From positions 31 to 64,030 of the forward strand of contig JASHTF010000082.1 of assembly GCA_030040715.1 (NCBI GenBank): 64,000 bases of DNA, written 5' to 3'. Both the position numbers and the translations under genes were made by a program. The notes beneath the pieces were generated by a model. That model saw only the letters and a program-made list of their open reading frames with translations. It did not search any database and was not told the origin of the DNA. The first letter of the stretch is position 1, and every line of letters begins with the position of its first letter. Source of the DNA: Gammaproteobacteria bacterium. Lineage in GTDB: Bacteria; Pseudomonadota; Gammaproteobacteria; Steroidobacterales; Steroidobacteraceae. This document shows positions 1-8,512 of the stretch, piece by piece.

Positions 1-567
1 TTCTTCACCAAGGCGACGCGGACTGTAATCGGTCCTGGTGCTGAGGTGCGCGTCGATCCGAAGGTGACGCAGCGACTTGATTACGAGGTGGAGCTGGCGG
101 TCATCATCGGTAACGAAGGGCGCGATATCACTCCGAGTGCGGCGCTCGAGCATGTATTCGGTTACACGATAGCGAACGATGTCACCGCCAGAGACCTGCA
201 GCGCCGGCACGAGCAGTGGTTCAAGGGCAAATCACTCGATACGACGCTGCCCCTCGGTCCCTGCATTGTCACCCCGGACGAGATCGATGATCTCCGCATG
301 ATGGAACTCTCGATGCACATCAATGGTGAGCAGCGCCAGCACGCCCGGGTCGACCAGATGATCTTCGATATCCCGACGCTCATCGTCTCGCTGTCGGCCG
401 GTCTCACGCTCGAACCGGGCGACATCATTGCGACCGGGACACCATCCGGTGTCGGCTTTGCGATGAACCCCCCGCGCTATTTGCACAATGGCGATGAAAT
501 GATCGCCCGCATCGATCGCATCGGCGAGCTGCGGAATCGTGTCGTGGAGATCAAGACGCAGGGGTGA
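1..567 (+). CDS. fumarylacetoacetate hydrolase (FAH) family protein, 5'-truncated by the window edge
   Basis: Frame 1 is open from base 1 (FFTKATRTVIGPGAEV...) into tracked ORF 46..567. The translation has FAH-family C-terminal motifs (YEVELAVIIG, GDIIATGTPSGVG). Stop TGA at 565-567. Confidence 0.85.
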   Translation, partial: FFTKATRTVIGPGAEVRVDPKVTQRLDYEVELAVIIGNEGRDITPSAALEHVFGYTIANDVTARDLQRRHEQWFKGKSLDTTLPLGPCIVTPDEIDDLRMMELSMHINGEQRQHARVDQMIFDIPTLIVSLSAGLTLEPGDIIATGTPSGVGFAMNPPRYLHNGDEMIARIDRIGELRNRVVEIKTQG

Positions 568-635
568 CTGCCGAAACGAGTAGAATCAAGGTGACAACAG
601 ATCACCGTGACGCCTGGATCCGGCACGGTACGCAC

Positions 636-711
636 GCCCCCGTAGCTCAGTGGATAGAGCGACCGCCTCCTAAGCGGTAGGTCGTCGGTTCAACTCCGGC
701 CGGGGGCGCCA
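636..711 (+). tRNA. tRNA-Arg (anticodon CCU), CCA encoded
   Basis: Hand-folded 76-nt cloverleaf. Acceptor stem GCCCCCG/CGGGGGC, D stem GCTC/GAGC, anticodon stem ACCGC/GCGGT with loop CTCCTAA (anticodon CCT), T stem GTCGG/CCGGC with loop TTCAACT, discriminator G, then CCA. Confidence 0.95.
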
Positions 712-823
712 GTGGCTCCAGGGATCTCCCAGGACGTTCGTTATGATGTATAAAAAACCTATTAATCAATAGCTTATATTCTATAGACGCTCGGTCAGAC
801 AGTTTTGACAACCAAACCCGCCG

Positions 824-880
824 TGGGGTATCTCTTGATCTCTTGGGGTATGCGACCTCCTAAGAATCGAAGTACCCCAA
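824..880. repeat. cluster of TGGGGTA(T) octamers (two direct, one inverted) plus tandem TCTCTTG heptamers in the AT-rich tRNA flank
   Basis: Read directly: TGGGGTAT at 824-831 and 844-851, spaced 20 bp. The inverted copy TACCCCAA is at 873-880. TCTCTTG-A-TCTCTTG lies between the direct copies. No ORF covers this region. Coordinates could be off by 1-2 nt because no tracked ORF was available to cross-check them. Confidence 0.6.
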
Positions 881-1223
881 ATCTATGACGCCTGTGACGC
901 TCACCGAGCCGGGCGCGAGTTGTTCGAGATCGTGCGGGCGGCACCCGACAAAGCTTCGATCTCGCTGGCGCGCGAGAGTGACAAGGTGGTGCTGCGTACG
1001 GGGCAAAGCCGCTTAGCCCATGTCCGGAAGGGATTCTCTTGAACCCTGTCTACCTAGGTTCCTGTCGATACCTGACCAAGCGCCTGCTGCCCCCAAGATC
1101 GACGACGACCCCCAATGCCCCGGCTGGGGCTAGACACTGCTTGCGCAGTTGAAGATTCTGGACAACTGCTTCAAGGTGATAATCCACTGACTTCAAGCTT
1201 GGCCATAACGCGGAAGGTGAAAC

Positions 1224-1868
1224 ATGGCGACGTACGGAGGTTCCCTAGAGTGTGCAGGTGCAAGCATCGGAGCGCACCGGCACATTTGCGCCTTCTTCAA
1301 CGGCCCCGATGAGGAACACCGGGTACTCGGCTCTTTCTACAAGGATGGTTTCGATCGGGGTGAGAAGGCCACGCACATCGTGGATGTCGAGCATCGCCAA
1401 GAGTATTTGAGGCGCCTGGCTCAAGGAGGGACAAATGTTCAACGGATGATGGAAACGGGGCAACTGGAGGTGCTGTCCTGGAGCGACACCTATGTACGAG
1501 ATCATCGCTTCGATCAGGATGCCATGCTGGCTTCAGTGGAGGAACTAATCCAGTCGGGCGCGGCTGCGGGCTACGCGCGCACCAAGTTGGTAGGACATCA
1601 CACGGATTGGCTGTTTCTCGACCAACCAGCCGTGAGAAACTTAGTGGAATACGAAGCACGCCTTAACAGCTTGCTGTCGAAGTACAACGATCCGGTTGTC
1701 TGTAACTACGACTTGACGAAATGCGGGGCAAGCGTAGCAATGGACATCATGCGGACGCACCCGCTCGTCATCATTGGGGGATTGTTGCGCGAAAACCCGT
1801 TCTTTGTCGCTCCCGAGCAGTTCCTCGATGAGCTGCGTGGGCGACGGTTTCCAAGGACGACCAGCTAA
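1224..1868 (+). CDS. MEDS-domain protein (DcmR-like sensory domain)
   Basis: 214-aa ORF. The N-terminal HICAFFNGPDEEHRVLGSFYKDGFDRGEKATHIV and overall length match the MEDS family pattern as I recall it. Stop TAA at 1866-1868 is 1 nt before the next ATG. Confidence 0.7.
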   Translation: MATYGGSLECAGASIGAHRHICAFFNGPDEEHRVLGSFYKDGFDRGEKATHIVDVEHRQEYLRRLAQGGTNVQRMMETGQLEVLSWSDTYVRDHRFDQDAMLASVEELIQSGAAAGYARTKLVGHHTDWLFLDQPAVRNLVEYEARLNSLLSKYNDPVVCNYDLTKCGASVAMDIMRTHPLVIIGGLLRENPFFVAPEQFLDELRGRRFPRTTS

Positions 1869-1869
1869 C

Positions 1870-4212
1870 ATGACAGGAGACTCGGATCCGAATAACGTCC
1901 CGCTGCGGAAGGTACTCAGGGATCTGGTCGCACTGTCTGCCATTCCATCGGCGTGGGTGGGGCGAGAATCGCGGGCCATCGCTGCCGAACTGGTCGATTT
2001 GTTGGTGGACTTGCTGAATTTGAACTTTGGTTTCGTGCGTTTGTGCGATTCCGATTCCAGCACTGGGGTTGATTGCGCACATGGAACGGCTCCGCCGGCG
2101 CTTATGGACCGACTCCGGCACTGCCTTGAGGGACGCGCCCAGTTGTCGCTCCCGGAGATTGTTCCAAGCGCCGGCGGCGGCGCGCCGGGAAGTCGCGGAA
2201 TTGTCGTTCCCCTCGGCCTCAATGCCGAGAGTGGTCTGGTTGCGGCCGCAGCCGATCGGCCGGACTTTCCCGATGAAATCGAGCGGCTACTACTCTCGAT
2301 CGCAGCGGGTCACGGCGCGACGGCATTCAAGATGGCAAGCCTCGTCGAGCAGCATCGCCGCGCCGAGAGTGCGCTGGCCGCCAGTGAGCAGCAGCTGCGT
2401 CAAGCTCGTGATGAACTCGAGATGAAAGTGGCAGAGCGGACGGCAGAGTTACGGCGCAGTGAGGCGTATCTTTCGGAAGCGGAGAGACTGAGCCACACCG
2501 GCAGCTGGGCCTTCAACCGTGCCGGCTTCCAGTATTGGTCTCCCCAGCTGTTCGAGATCCATGGCCTTGAGCCAAGCGGTAACCCCCCAAACACACAGGA
2601 ATACATCGCGCTTGTACACCCGGAAGATCACGACTTTGTCATACGCGCGATTCAAAAGATGCTGTCTGAGCATCGCGAATTCGACTTCACTAAGCGGGTT
2701 GTGCGGCCCGACGGAGCGATTCGCCATGTGCGCTACGTCGGCATCCCCGCGTCGAACGATCAAGGATACGTGGGAACGGGCATAGATGTGACGCAGCAGG
2801 AGCAACTAACGAAGGCGCTTCGCGAGAGCGAGGAGGAACTTCGACAAATTTTGGACCTCACTCCGCAGCTCATAGCTGTCTTCGGACCTCGCCGCGAGCG
2901 TCTCTTTTGCAACCGCGAGGCGCTTGATTACTTCGGCCTCACTCTTGATGAGTGGCGTGACAAAGCCGCTGGCGCCATGGCCCACCCCGATGACTCCAAG
3001 CGCCTACTGGCGCAATGGGATCGCGCTGTGGAGAGTGGCTCTGCGTTTGAGGTGGAAGTGCGGATACGCAAGGGCGATGGATCGTATCGTTGGTTTCTGG
3101 GTCGCTGGAACCCTGTACGGGACGACAACGGACAGATCCTGCGCTGGTTAAGTGCTGGTTCCGATATCGAGAATCGCAAAAGAGACGAGGAGCGGCTGCG
3201 ACAGGAAAACACCGCTTTGCGTGAAGAAATCAACCACGCGTCTATGTTCGAGGAGATCGTCGGTTCCTCGGAGCCGTTGCGGAAAGTCTTGGCCCAAGTC
3301 ACCAAAGTCGCGCCTGCAGACTCGACGATTCTCATTCTGGGTGAGACTGGTACAGGGAAGGAGTTGATTGCACGCGCAATCCATAGGCGTTCCAGGCGAA
3401 CGGGGCGTCCGTTTATCGGAGTAAACTGCGGCGCGATTCCAGTGTCACTCATTGCGTCCGAGCTGTTCGGGCATGAAAAAGGTGCGTTCACCGGCGCAAC
3501 ACAACGTCGTCTGGGACGGTTTGAGGCAGCAAGCGGTGGCACCATCTTTCTCGACGAAGTTGGAGATCTGCCTCCGGATATTCAAATTGCGTTATTGAGG
3601 GTGCTGCAAGAGCGTGAAATCGAGCGCGTCGGCAACGACAAGCCAATACCTGTGGACGTTCGAGTAATGGCCGCTACCCATCGCGATCTCGAGAAGCTTG
3701 TAAGAGAGGGTAAGTTTCGTCAGGACCTCCTTTACAGACTGAACGTCGTGCCGCTCGCAGTGCCATCTCTGCGCGAGCGAGCGACTGACATTCCGGTGCT
3801 CGTGGAGTACTTCATAGCTCGCTTTGGGAGGAAGGTCGGGAAGAAGTTCGAAAGCATCGACGAGAAGTCGATGGCCCTTTTGCAAGCGTATGTCTGGCCG
3901 GGAAATATTCGAGAGCTGCAAAATGTGATCGAGCGCGCAGTCATCCTGAGCGACTCGAACATCTTCGCCGTGGAAGAGGCTTGGCTTAAGCGAGAATCCT
4001 TTGTAGTTCCTGATTCAAGCGCGGCTGCTCTTACAGCTGAATTGGAGGCACACGAGAAAGAGGCGATTGAGTCGGCCCTCGCCCAAAGTCATGGGCGCGT
4101 TTCTGGTCCGTTCGGCGCCGCCGCCAAACTGGGCGTTCCCGATTCCACACTCGAGGCGAAAATCAAGCGCCTCGGAATCAACAAGTATCGATTTAAAGCT
4201 CAGATAGGTTGA
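1870..4212 (+). CDS. sigma54-dependent transcriptional activator (unassigned N-terminal domain, two PAS domains, AAA+ domain, Fis-type HTH); no receiver domain
   Basis: Walker A GETGTGKE, the GAFTGA sigma54-contact loop (HEKGAFTGA), PAS-like segments (SHTGSWAFN..., DLTPQLIAVFG...) and a C-terminal HTH (AAKLGVPDSTLEAKIKRLGI). I chose ATG 1870 (MTGDSDPNN) because the tracked start at 1774 would overlap the MEDS gene by 95 nt. Confidence 0.9.
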   Translation: MTGDSDPNNVPLRKVLRDLVALSAIPSAWVGRESRAIAAELVDLLVDLLNLNFGFVRLCDSDSSTGVDCAHGTAPPALMDRLRHCLEGRAQLSLPEIVPSAGGGAPGSRGIVVPLGLNAESGLVAAAADRPDFPDEIERLLLSIAAGHGATAFKMASLVEQHRRAESALAASEQQLRQARDELEMKVAERTAELRRSEAYLSEAERLSHTGSWAFNRAGFQYWSPQLFEIHGLEPSGNPPNTQEYIALVHPEDHDFVIRAIQKMLSEHREFDFTKRVVRPDGAIRHVRYVGIPASNDQGYVGTGIDVTQQEQLTKALRESEEELRQILDLTPQLIAVFGPRRERLFCNREALDYFGLTLDEWRDKAAGAMAHPDDSKRLLAQWDRAVESGSAFEVEVRIRKGDGSYRWFLGRWNPVRDDNGQILRWLSAGSDIENRKRDEERLRQENTALREEINHASMFEEIVGSSEPLRKVLAQVTKVAPADSTILILGETGTGKELIARAIHRRSRRTGRPFIGVNCGAIPVSLIASELFGHEKGAFTGATQRRLGRFEAASGGTIFLDEVGDLPPDIQIALLRVLQEREIERVGNDKPIPVDVRVMAATHRDLEKLVREGKFRQDLLYRLNVVPLAVPSLRERATDIPVLVEYFIARFGRKVGKKFESIDEKSMALLQAYVWPGNIRELQNVIERAVILSDSNIFAVEEAWLKRESFVVPDSSAAALTAELEAHEKEAIESALAQSHGRVSGPFGAAAKLGVPDSTLEAKIKRLGINKYRFKAQIG

Positions 4213-4294
4213 TGATCTTCTGTCGATGTAAGGCGATGTCGGCCCGCGTTTTCCCCATCTAACGCGAAATCCCGATAATTCGAGACTTAGATTA

Positions 4295-4317
4295 TTGCTA
4301 ACTCCCAGAGTTAGCAA
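4295..4317. repeat. perfect 9-bp inverted repeat TTGCTAACT-N5-AGTTAGCAA abutting the sigma54 promoter
   Basis: Read directly. Position cross-checked against the start of tracked ORF 4015..4317. It lies 83 nt after the activator stop and 11 nt before the -24 element. Confidence 0.7.
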
Positions 4318-4328
4318 TCGATCTCTAT

Positions 4329-4344
4329 TGGCATCATCGTTGCA
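4329..4344 (+). promoter_or_regulatory. sigma54 (RpoN) -24/-12 promoter TGGCAT-N5-TTGCA
   Basis: TGGCATCATCGTTGCA matches the consensus TGGCAC-N5-TTGCW, with the GG and GC dinucleotides at the canonical spacing. It is intergenic, directly downstream of a sigma54 activator gene and about 185 nt upstream of the next CDS. Confidence 0.7.
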
Positions 4345-4529
4345 TGGCCGGACGTAAGATTCACAGAGGATTCATGAAGACACCTGGCGCGTCGCCGGTG
4401 AAGGCGAGGGTTACTGCCGCGACAAAGCAGGTGATCCGTATTGACGTCGCGGCACCATGCCCGCTGACCAGTCCCCTACTCGCCCTGAGGAGCCGATGCC
4501 TGACTTGGCGATAAAGAGAGAGCACTCAC

Positions 4530-4991
4530 ATGTCGACCAACTTGTCCGCTGTGCTTCAACAACTCTTGCAGAACACGTCAAACGTCGAGGTACTCCAGCA
4601 ACTCATGACGCCGGATGCCACCTACGTTTCCTTGAACTTCGACAACCCGGAACTGAAGAAAGTCATGCCCTGGACGGGCACTCACAAGGGGGCTCAGGCG
4701 CTGGCTGATGTCTTTACGGCAATCCAACGGTTCTGGAAAACGCTCGATTTCAAGGTCACCGATACCATCGAGCAGGACAGCCGCGTGGCCGTCTTCGGGT
4801 CTTTTACCTACAAATCGAACGTGACTGGGAAGGAAATCACCTCTCCATTTGGCCTGTTGGCACGTTTTGAGGGGAACAAGGTGGCCTATGTTCAGTTTCT
4901 CGAGGATAGCTACGGAACGGCGGGCTCGTTCAAAACGGGGGGCACCACACGGTTCCACAGTGATCCCTCCGGAAAGGAGGTTCAAGTCTAA
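4530..4991 (+). CDS. NTF2/SnoaL-like small protein
   Basis: 153-aa ORF whose size and alpha+beta pattern (DATYVSLNF...VAVFGSFTYKS...ARFEGNKVAYVQFLEDS) are typical of SnoaL-like domains. It is the first gene after the sigma54 promoter. Confidence 0.6.
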   Translation: MSTNLSAVLQQLLQNTSNVEVLQQLMTPDATYVSLNFDNPELKKVMPWTGTHKGAQALADVFTAIQRFWKTLDFKVTDTIEQDSRVAVFGSFTYKSNVTGKEITSPFGLLARFEGNKVAYVQFLEDSYGTAGSFKTGGTTRFHSDPSGKEVQV

Positions 4992-5081
4992 CTCCGAGAA
5001 GTCGTCAGTGTGAATTCGCAGGACCGTGAAGAAAATCTTCTCTCATGCCTAACCCATCCGTCCTTGAACCGAGGATATGTG

Positions 5082-5366
5082 ATGACCTGCAAGATTGAAC
5101 GGGATGTAGCTCCGGATGGTTCTGTGGTTGTGCGCGTGAGTGGACGCATTGACGGTACAGACGTCGAGTTCTTGAAAGAACTGATGGAAAACGAGAAGGC
5201 AGGAAAAGCCGAACTTGCACTCGACCTCACAGACGTCACGCTGGTGAGTCTTGATGCCGTCAGGGCGCTTGGCCGAGCACAGGCAGACGGACTCGCACTT
5301 CGAAACTGCCCTGCGTATGTCCGCGAATGGATTTCGAGAGAGAGGGAAAGCCCGCTGCCCGAGTGA
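5082..5366 (+). CDS. STAS-domain protein (anti-sigma-factor-antagonist-like)
   Basis: 94 aa from ATG 5082, with GAGGA 7 nt upstream. VVVRVSGRIDGTDVEFLKELMEN...ELALDLTDVTLVSLDAVRAL...GLALRNCPAYVREWI follows the SpoIIAA/STAS layout. The tracked start at 5010 is less likely. Confidence 0.6.
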   Translation: MTCKIERDVAPDGSVVVRVSGRIDGTDVEFLKELMENEKAGKAELALDLTDVTLVSLDAVRALGRAQADGLALRNCPAYVREWISRERESPLPE

Positions 5367-8300
5367 GCCACGTGGGAAAGAGTCTCCAACGAACGCCGTC
5401 CTTCGTCCCTGTCGGACGTTGCGGCGGCTTTCGGCGTTCAACAAACAGGCAGCTGTGCTGGCTCGTTCTCCTAATGCTGGTAACCGGTGTTCGCCGTCTG
5501 TCGTTGGCTGGGCAAACGCCTCCATCAGGGAACCTGCAGGTAAGTCACGACTCCTGGACCTTCAAAGACGGCGCTCCTCCAGACGTTAACTGTTTGGCAC
5601 AGACCAATGACGGCTTCCTTTGGCTGTGTAGTCCCAATGGGTTGCTTCGGTTTGATGGAACGAGATTCGAACCTTTCAGATCTCAGTTTGGGGAGCAGCT
5701 CCTCTCGACCAAGGTGTACTCCCTGTTCGCACCGCGGTCGGGCGGCCTATGGGTCGGTTACACGTTAGGAGGCTTCAGTCTCCTGGATAACGGGCGCGTC
5801 ACTAATTATGCGAGCGAGACCGGAAGCGTCCTCAATTTTGCCGAGGATCGGGATGGAATCGTATGGTCAGGCACGTCCAGCGGTTTGTGGAGATTTGATC
5901 ATTCAGCCTGGCAGCATATCGGAGCTGAGTGGAACGTCCCGGATGCACCCGCTAGGCAGGTTGGATTTGATTCGCAGGGGATACTGTGGGCGTTGGTGGG
6001 TGGTGGCGGTGCCCCGACGGACCTCATATACCTAATGCCGGGGCTCAGGCGATTCAAAGTGGCCAGGAGAAATTTATCGGTCGAGGGGTTCACTTGGAAC
6101 GCCGATCGAGCCGTGGTCACCGACCCCACAGCCTCGTCGATGTCCGACTTCGGAGGGCGCCCTGAAGAGAGGCCACCTGTCTACCCTGTGGTCACAAAAA
6201 CCCAACAATTTGTTGACCGAACCGGCAGCCTATGGATCAGCCCCGCGGGTAAGCCCGTGGTGATGCGCCTTCCGAGGGAGAACCTGCAAGATGCCTTCAA
6301 CAAGGTGGCGCCAGCCGGCTCTGAAACCTATGACATTAACCCTTTTGAAAATGCATGGCTGGTTGATCACGAAGGAAATATTTGGTTTGGTGATACTACG
6401 GGTATACACCGATTCTTCTACACCCCGTTCGTGAGACAGGAATTCCCGAAAGAGGAGAGCGCGGATTTCGCCGTGGTCGCTGATGACAATGGGGCGGTGT
6501 GGATCAGTTCCGGCGGCCGAGATGGCCCCAAAGCGGATCTTTATTATGTCGTGGCCGGCAAGGCCGAGCGCCGTGTCCCAGAGGTGACAACGTCATTCGC
6601 CTACCGCGCGCCTGACAAGACGTTCTGGTTCTCCGGGGTAGGTTGCCTTTGGCATCTTGTCGGAGGCGATTTCGTACGCGTGGATCTCCCCCACGAAGTG
6701 GTGAACCAGTTTAATTTCCTGCAGACGATTACGGGGGATAAACACGGAGGGGTATGGGTCTCATTCGGCCGTCACGGTCTCTACCGATTGGCCGATGGCA
6801 TTTGGACGTCTTACGGTGGCCGCGACGACCTTCCAAAGGGATCGATGTTGGTTGAATTCACGGACAGCTCGAGCCGCGTTTGGTTCGGCTATATGAAAAA
6901 CCAGCTGGCGGTTTTGGATGGCAATAGCGTCCGGGTATTCGGTCCGATCGACGGTCTTCAAGTAGGGAATATCCTGGCGATTTACGGCCGAGGATCAGAG
7001 ATTTGGATCGGGGGTGAGCTTGGACTCGAGCAATTCGACCATGGACATTTTCGCCGCATCGCTGCGGTGGATGACGAATTGCTGCGCGGAATCTCTGGAA
7101 TCGTGGAATCACCCGACGGGGACCTGTGGCTCAACGGGATTTCCGGGATCTTTCACATTCGTAAGGCGCAAATTTCCCAGGCCTTGAAGGATTCCACCTT
7201 TCGGGTTACGGGCGAGCACTTCGGTAGGCGCGAGGGACTTCCAGGAGTTGCCGCCCAATTGCGTCCCTTGCCCACGGCCACGGAGGGCACTGACGGGCGA
7301 CTGTGGTTCACCTTGCGCAACGGAGTTGTGTGGCTCGATCCAGCAACCTACACGAAAAAGCAGGCGATGCCGGCTCCGATAAAAATTGAGTCGATTTCCG
7401 CCGACGATAAGGACTACTCTCTCGGCCCTCGTCTCTCTTTACCAGCGCACACGTCGAGTGTGCAGATCAGCTACAGTGCGGTGAGCCTCTCCGATCCTGA
7501 GGCTATCCGATTCCGTTACAAGCTCCAGGGAACGGACAACGATTGGCACGAAGTCGCAGCCGCTCGTCCTGTCAACTATCGCAACCTGCCCCCCGGAGCT
7601 TATCAGTTTAATGTTTCGGCTTCAGATACCAACGGAGCGTGGTCAGACAAAGTTGCCACTGTGGAGTTCACGATATTGCCGGCTTTCCATCAGACCCTTT
7701 GGTTCCGATCGCTGTGCTTAATCGCCCTTTTGGCAATGCTTGCAGGGCTGTATCAGCTTCGGCTGCGGCAGCTGGCCCGACAATACGACACGCGCTTAGA
7801 AGGGCGGGTCGGCGAGAGGACGCGAATTGCGCGTGAGCTGCACGATACGCTGCTGCAGAGTTTTCACGGGCTGCTTCTTCAGTTACAGACGGCGTATAAG
7901 CTCCTGCCAGAGCGTCCGGCCGAGGCGCAGCAAGCGCTCGGAACTGTGATCGAGGATGCGTTCGAGGCGATCACCGAGGGGCGGGACGCGATTCAGGGAT
8001 TGCGGACGCCCACGGTCTGCGCCGATCTGGCGGTGGCGATCAAGAGCCTGGGCGAGGATCTTTCCGCTCAGGGAAGCCAGGAGAGCTCCGTGCTGCTCCG
8101 TGTGAACGTCGCCGGTACACCGCAAACACTGCGTCCCCTCGTGCGGGATGAGGTCTACCGCATCGCCGGGGAATCGCTGGGCAATGCCTTTCGACACGCG
8201 CAAGCCACTCAGATCGAAGTCGATCTCTATTATGACGACCGGCAGCTGCGCTTGCGGGTGCGCGATAACGGCAAAGGTATCGATCCGCAATTCTTGCGTG

Positions 8301-8512
8301 AAGAGGGCAGAGCGGGTCACTACGGGATACAAGGCATGCGCGAGCGCGCGAAGCTCACAGGTGGGCACCTTACGGTGTGGTCGGCCCCGCATTCGGGCAC
8401 GGAGGTTGACCTCAGCATTCCGGCGTCACGTGTTTATGCAGCACCTCAGGTTTCGCAGCGGCGATCCTTACTTCGAAGACTATTTCCGGCGCGCACTCCA
8501 ATTGAGTCATGA
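5327..8512 (+). CDS. sensor histidine kinase with periplasmic two-component-regulator beta-propeller repeats and a Y_Y_Y-type domain, TM segment, HisKA_3 and HATPase_c
   Basis: Propeller-type repeats (DGFLWLCSPNGLLRFDG, GGLWVGY, DGIVWSGTSSGLWRFD ...), a TM segment (LWFRSLCLIALLAMLAGLYQL), the H-box ERTRIARELHDTLLQ, and an ATPase region (RVRDNGKGIDP...GIQGMRERA). The start is uncertain: ATG 5327 overlaps the STAS gene by 40 nt, and GTG 5372 is an alternative. Confidence 0.9.
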   Translation: MDFEREGKPAARVSHVGKSLQRTPSFVPVGRCGGFRRSTNRQLCWLVLLMLVTGVRRLSLAGQTPPSGNLQVSHDSWTFKDGAPPDVNCLAQTNDGFLWLCSPNGLLRFDGTRFEPFRSQFGEQLLSTKVYSLFAPRSGGLWVGYTLGGFSLLDNGRVTNYASETGSVLNFAEDRDGIVWSGTSSGLWRFDHSAWQHIGAEWNVPDAPARQVGFDSQGILWALVGGGGAPTDLIYLMPGLRRFKVARRNLSVEGFTWNADRAVVTDPTASSMSDFGGRPEERPPVYPVVTKTQQFVDRTGSLWISPAGKPVVMRLPRENLQDAFNKVAPAGSETYDINPFENAWLVDHEGNIWFGDTTGIHRFFYTPFVRQEFPKEESADFAVVADDNGAVWISSGGRDGPKADLYYVVAGKAERRVPEVTTSFAYRAPDKTFWFSGVGCLWHLVGGDFVRVDLPHEVVNQFNFLQTITGDKHGGVWVSFGRHGLYRLADGIWTSYGGRDDLPKGSMLVEFTDSSSRVWFGYMKNQLAVLDGNSVRVFGPIDGLQVGNILAIYGRGSEIWIGGELGLEQFDHGHFRRIAAVDDELLRGISGIVESPDGDLWLNGISGIFHIRKAQISQALKDSTFRVTGEHFGRREGLPGVAAQLRPLPTATEGTDGRLWFTLRNGVVWLDPATYTKKQAMPAPIKIESISADDKDYSLGPRLSLPAHTSSVQISYSAVSLSDPEAIRFRYKLQGTDNDWHEVAAARPVNYRNLPPGAYQFNVSASDTNGAWSDKVATVEFTILPAFHQTLWFRSLCLIALLAMLAGLYQLRLRQLARQYDTRLEGRVGERTRIARELHDTLLQSFHGLLLQLQTAYKLLPERPAEAQQALGTVIEDAFEAITEGRDAIQGLRTPTVCADLAVAIKSLGEDLSAQGSQESSVLLRVNVAGTPQTLRPLVRDEVYRIAGESLGNAFRHAQATQIEVDLYYDDRQLRLRVRDNGKGIDPQFLREEGRAGHYGIQGMRERAKLTGGHLTVWSAPHSGTEVDLSIPASRVYAAPQVSQRRSLLRRLFPARTPIES

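Noticed and set aside
890-1020. Short ORF (about 42 codons from ATG near 886) and coding-like GC in the tRNA-to-MEDS spacer, considered as a pseudogene fragment
   Set aside because: No recognisable protein similarity and no RBS. It cannot be distinguished from chance without a database search.
1641-2222. 193-aa minus-strand ORF, and the 1774-1869 extension of the activator ORF
   Set aside because: The minus-strand ORF is antisense to the MEDS/activator junction. The upstream extension of the activator ORF would overlap the MEDS coding frame by 95 nt, whereas ATG 1870 sits 1 nt after the MEDS stop.
7544-7559. TGGCAC-containing sigma54-like motif
   Set aside because: It lies inside the histidine kinase coding region, and the GC dinucleotide is one position off canonical spacing.
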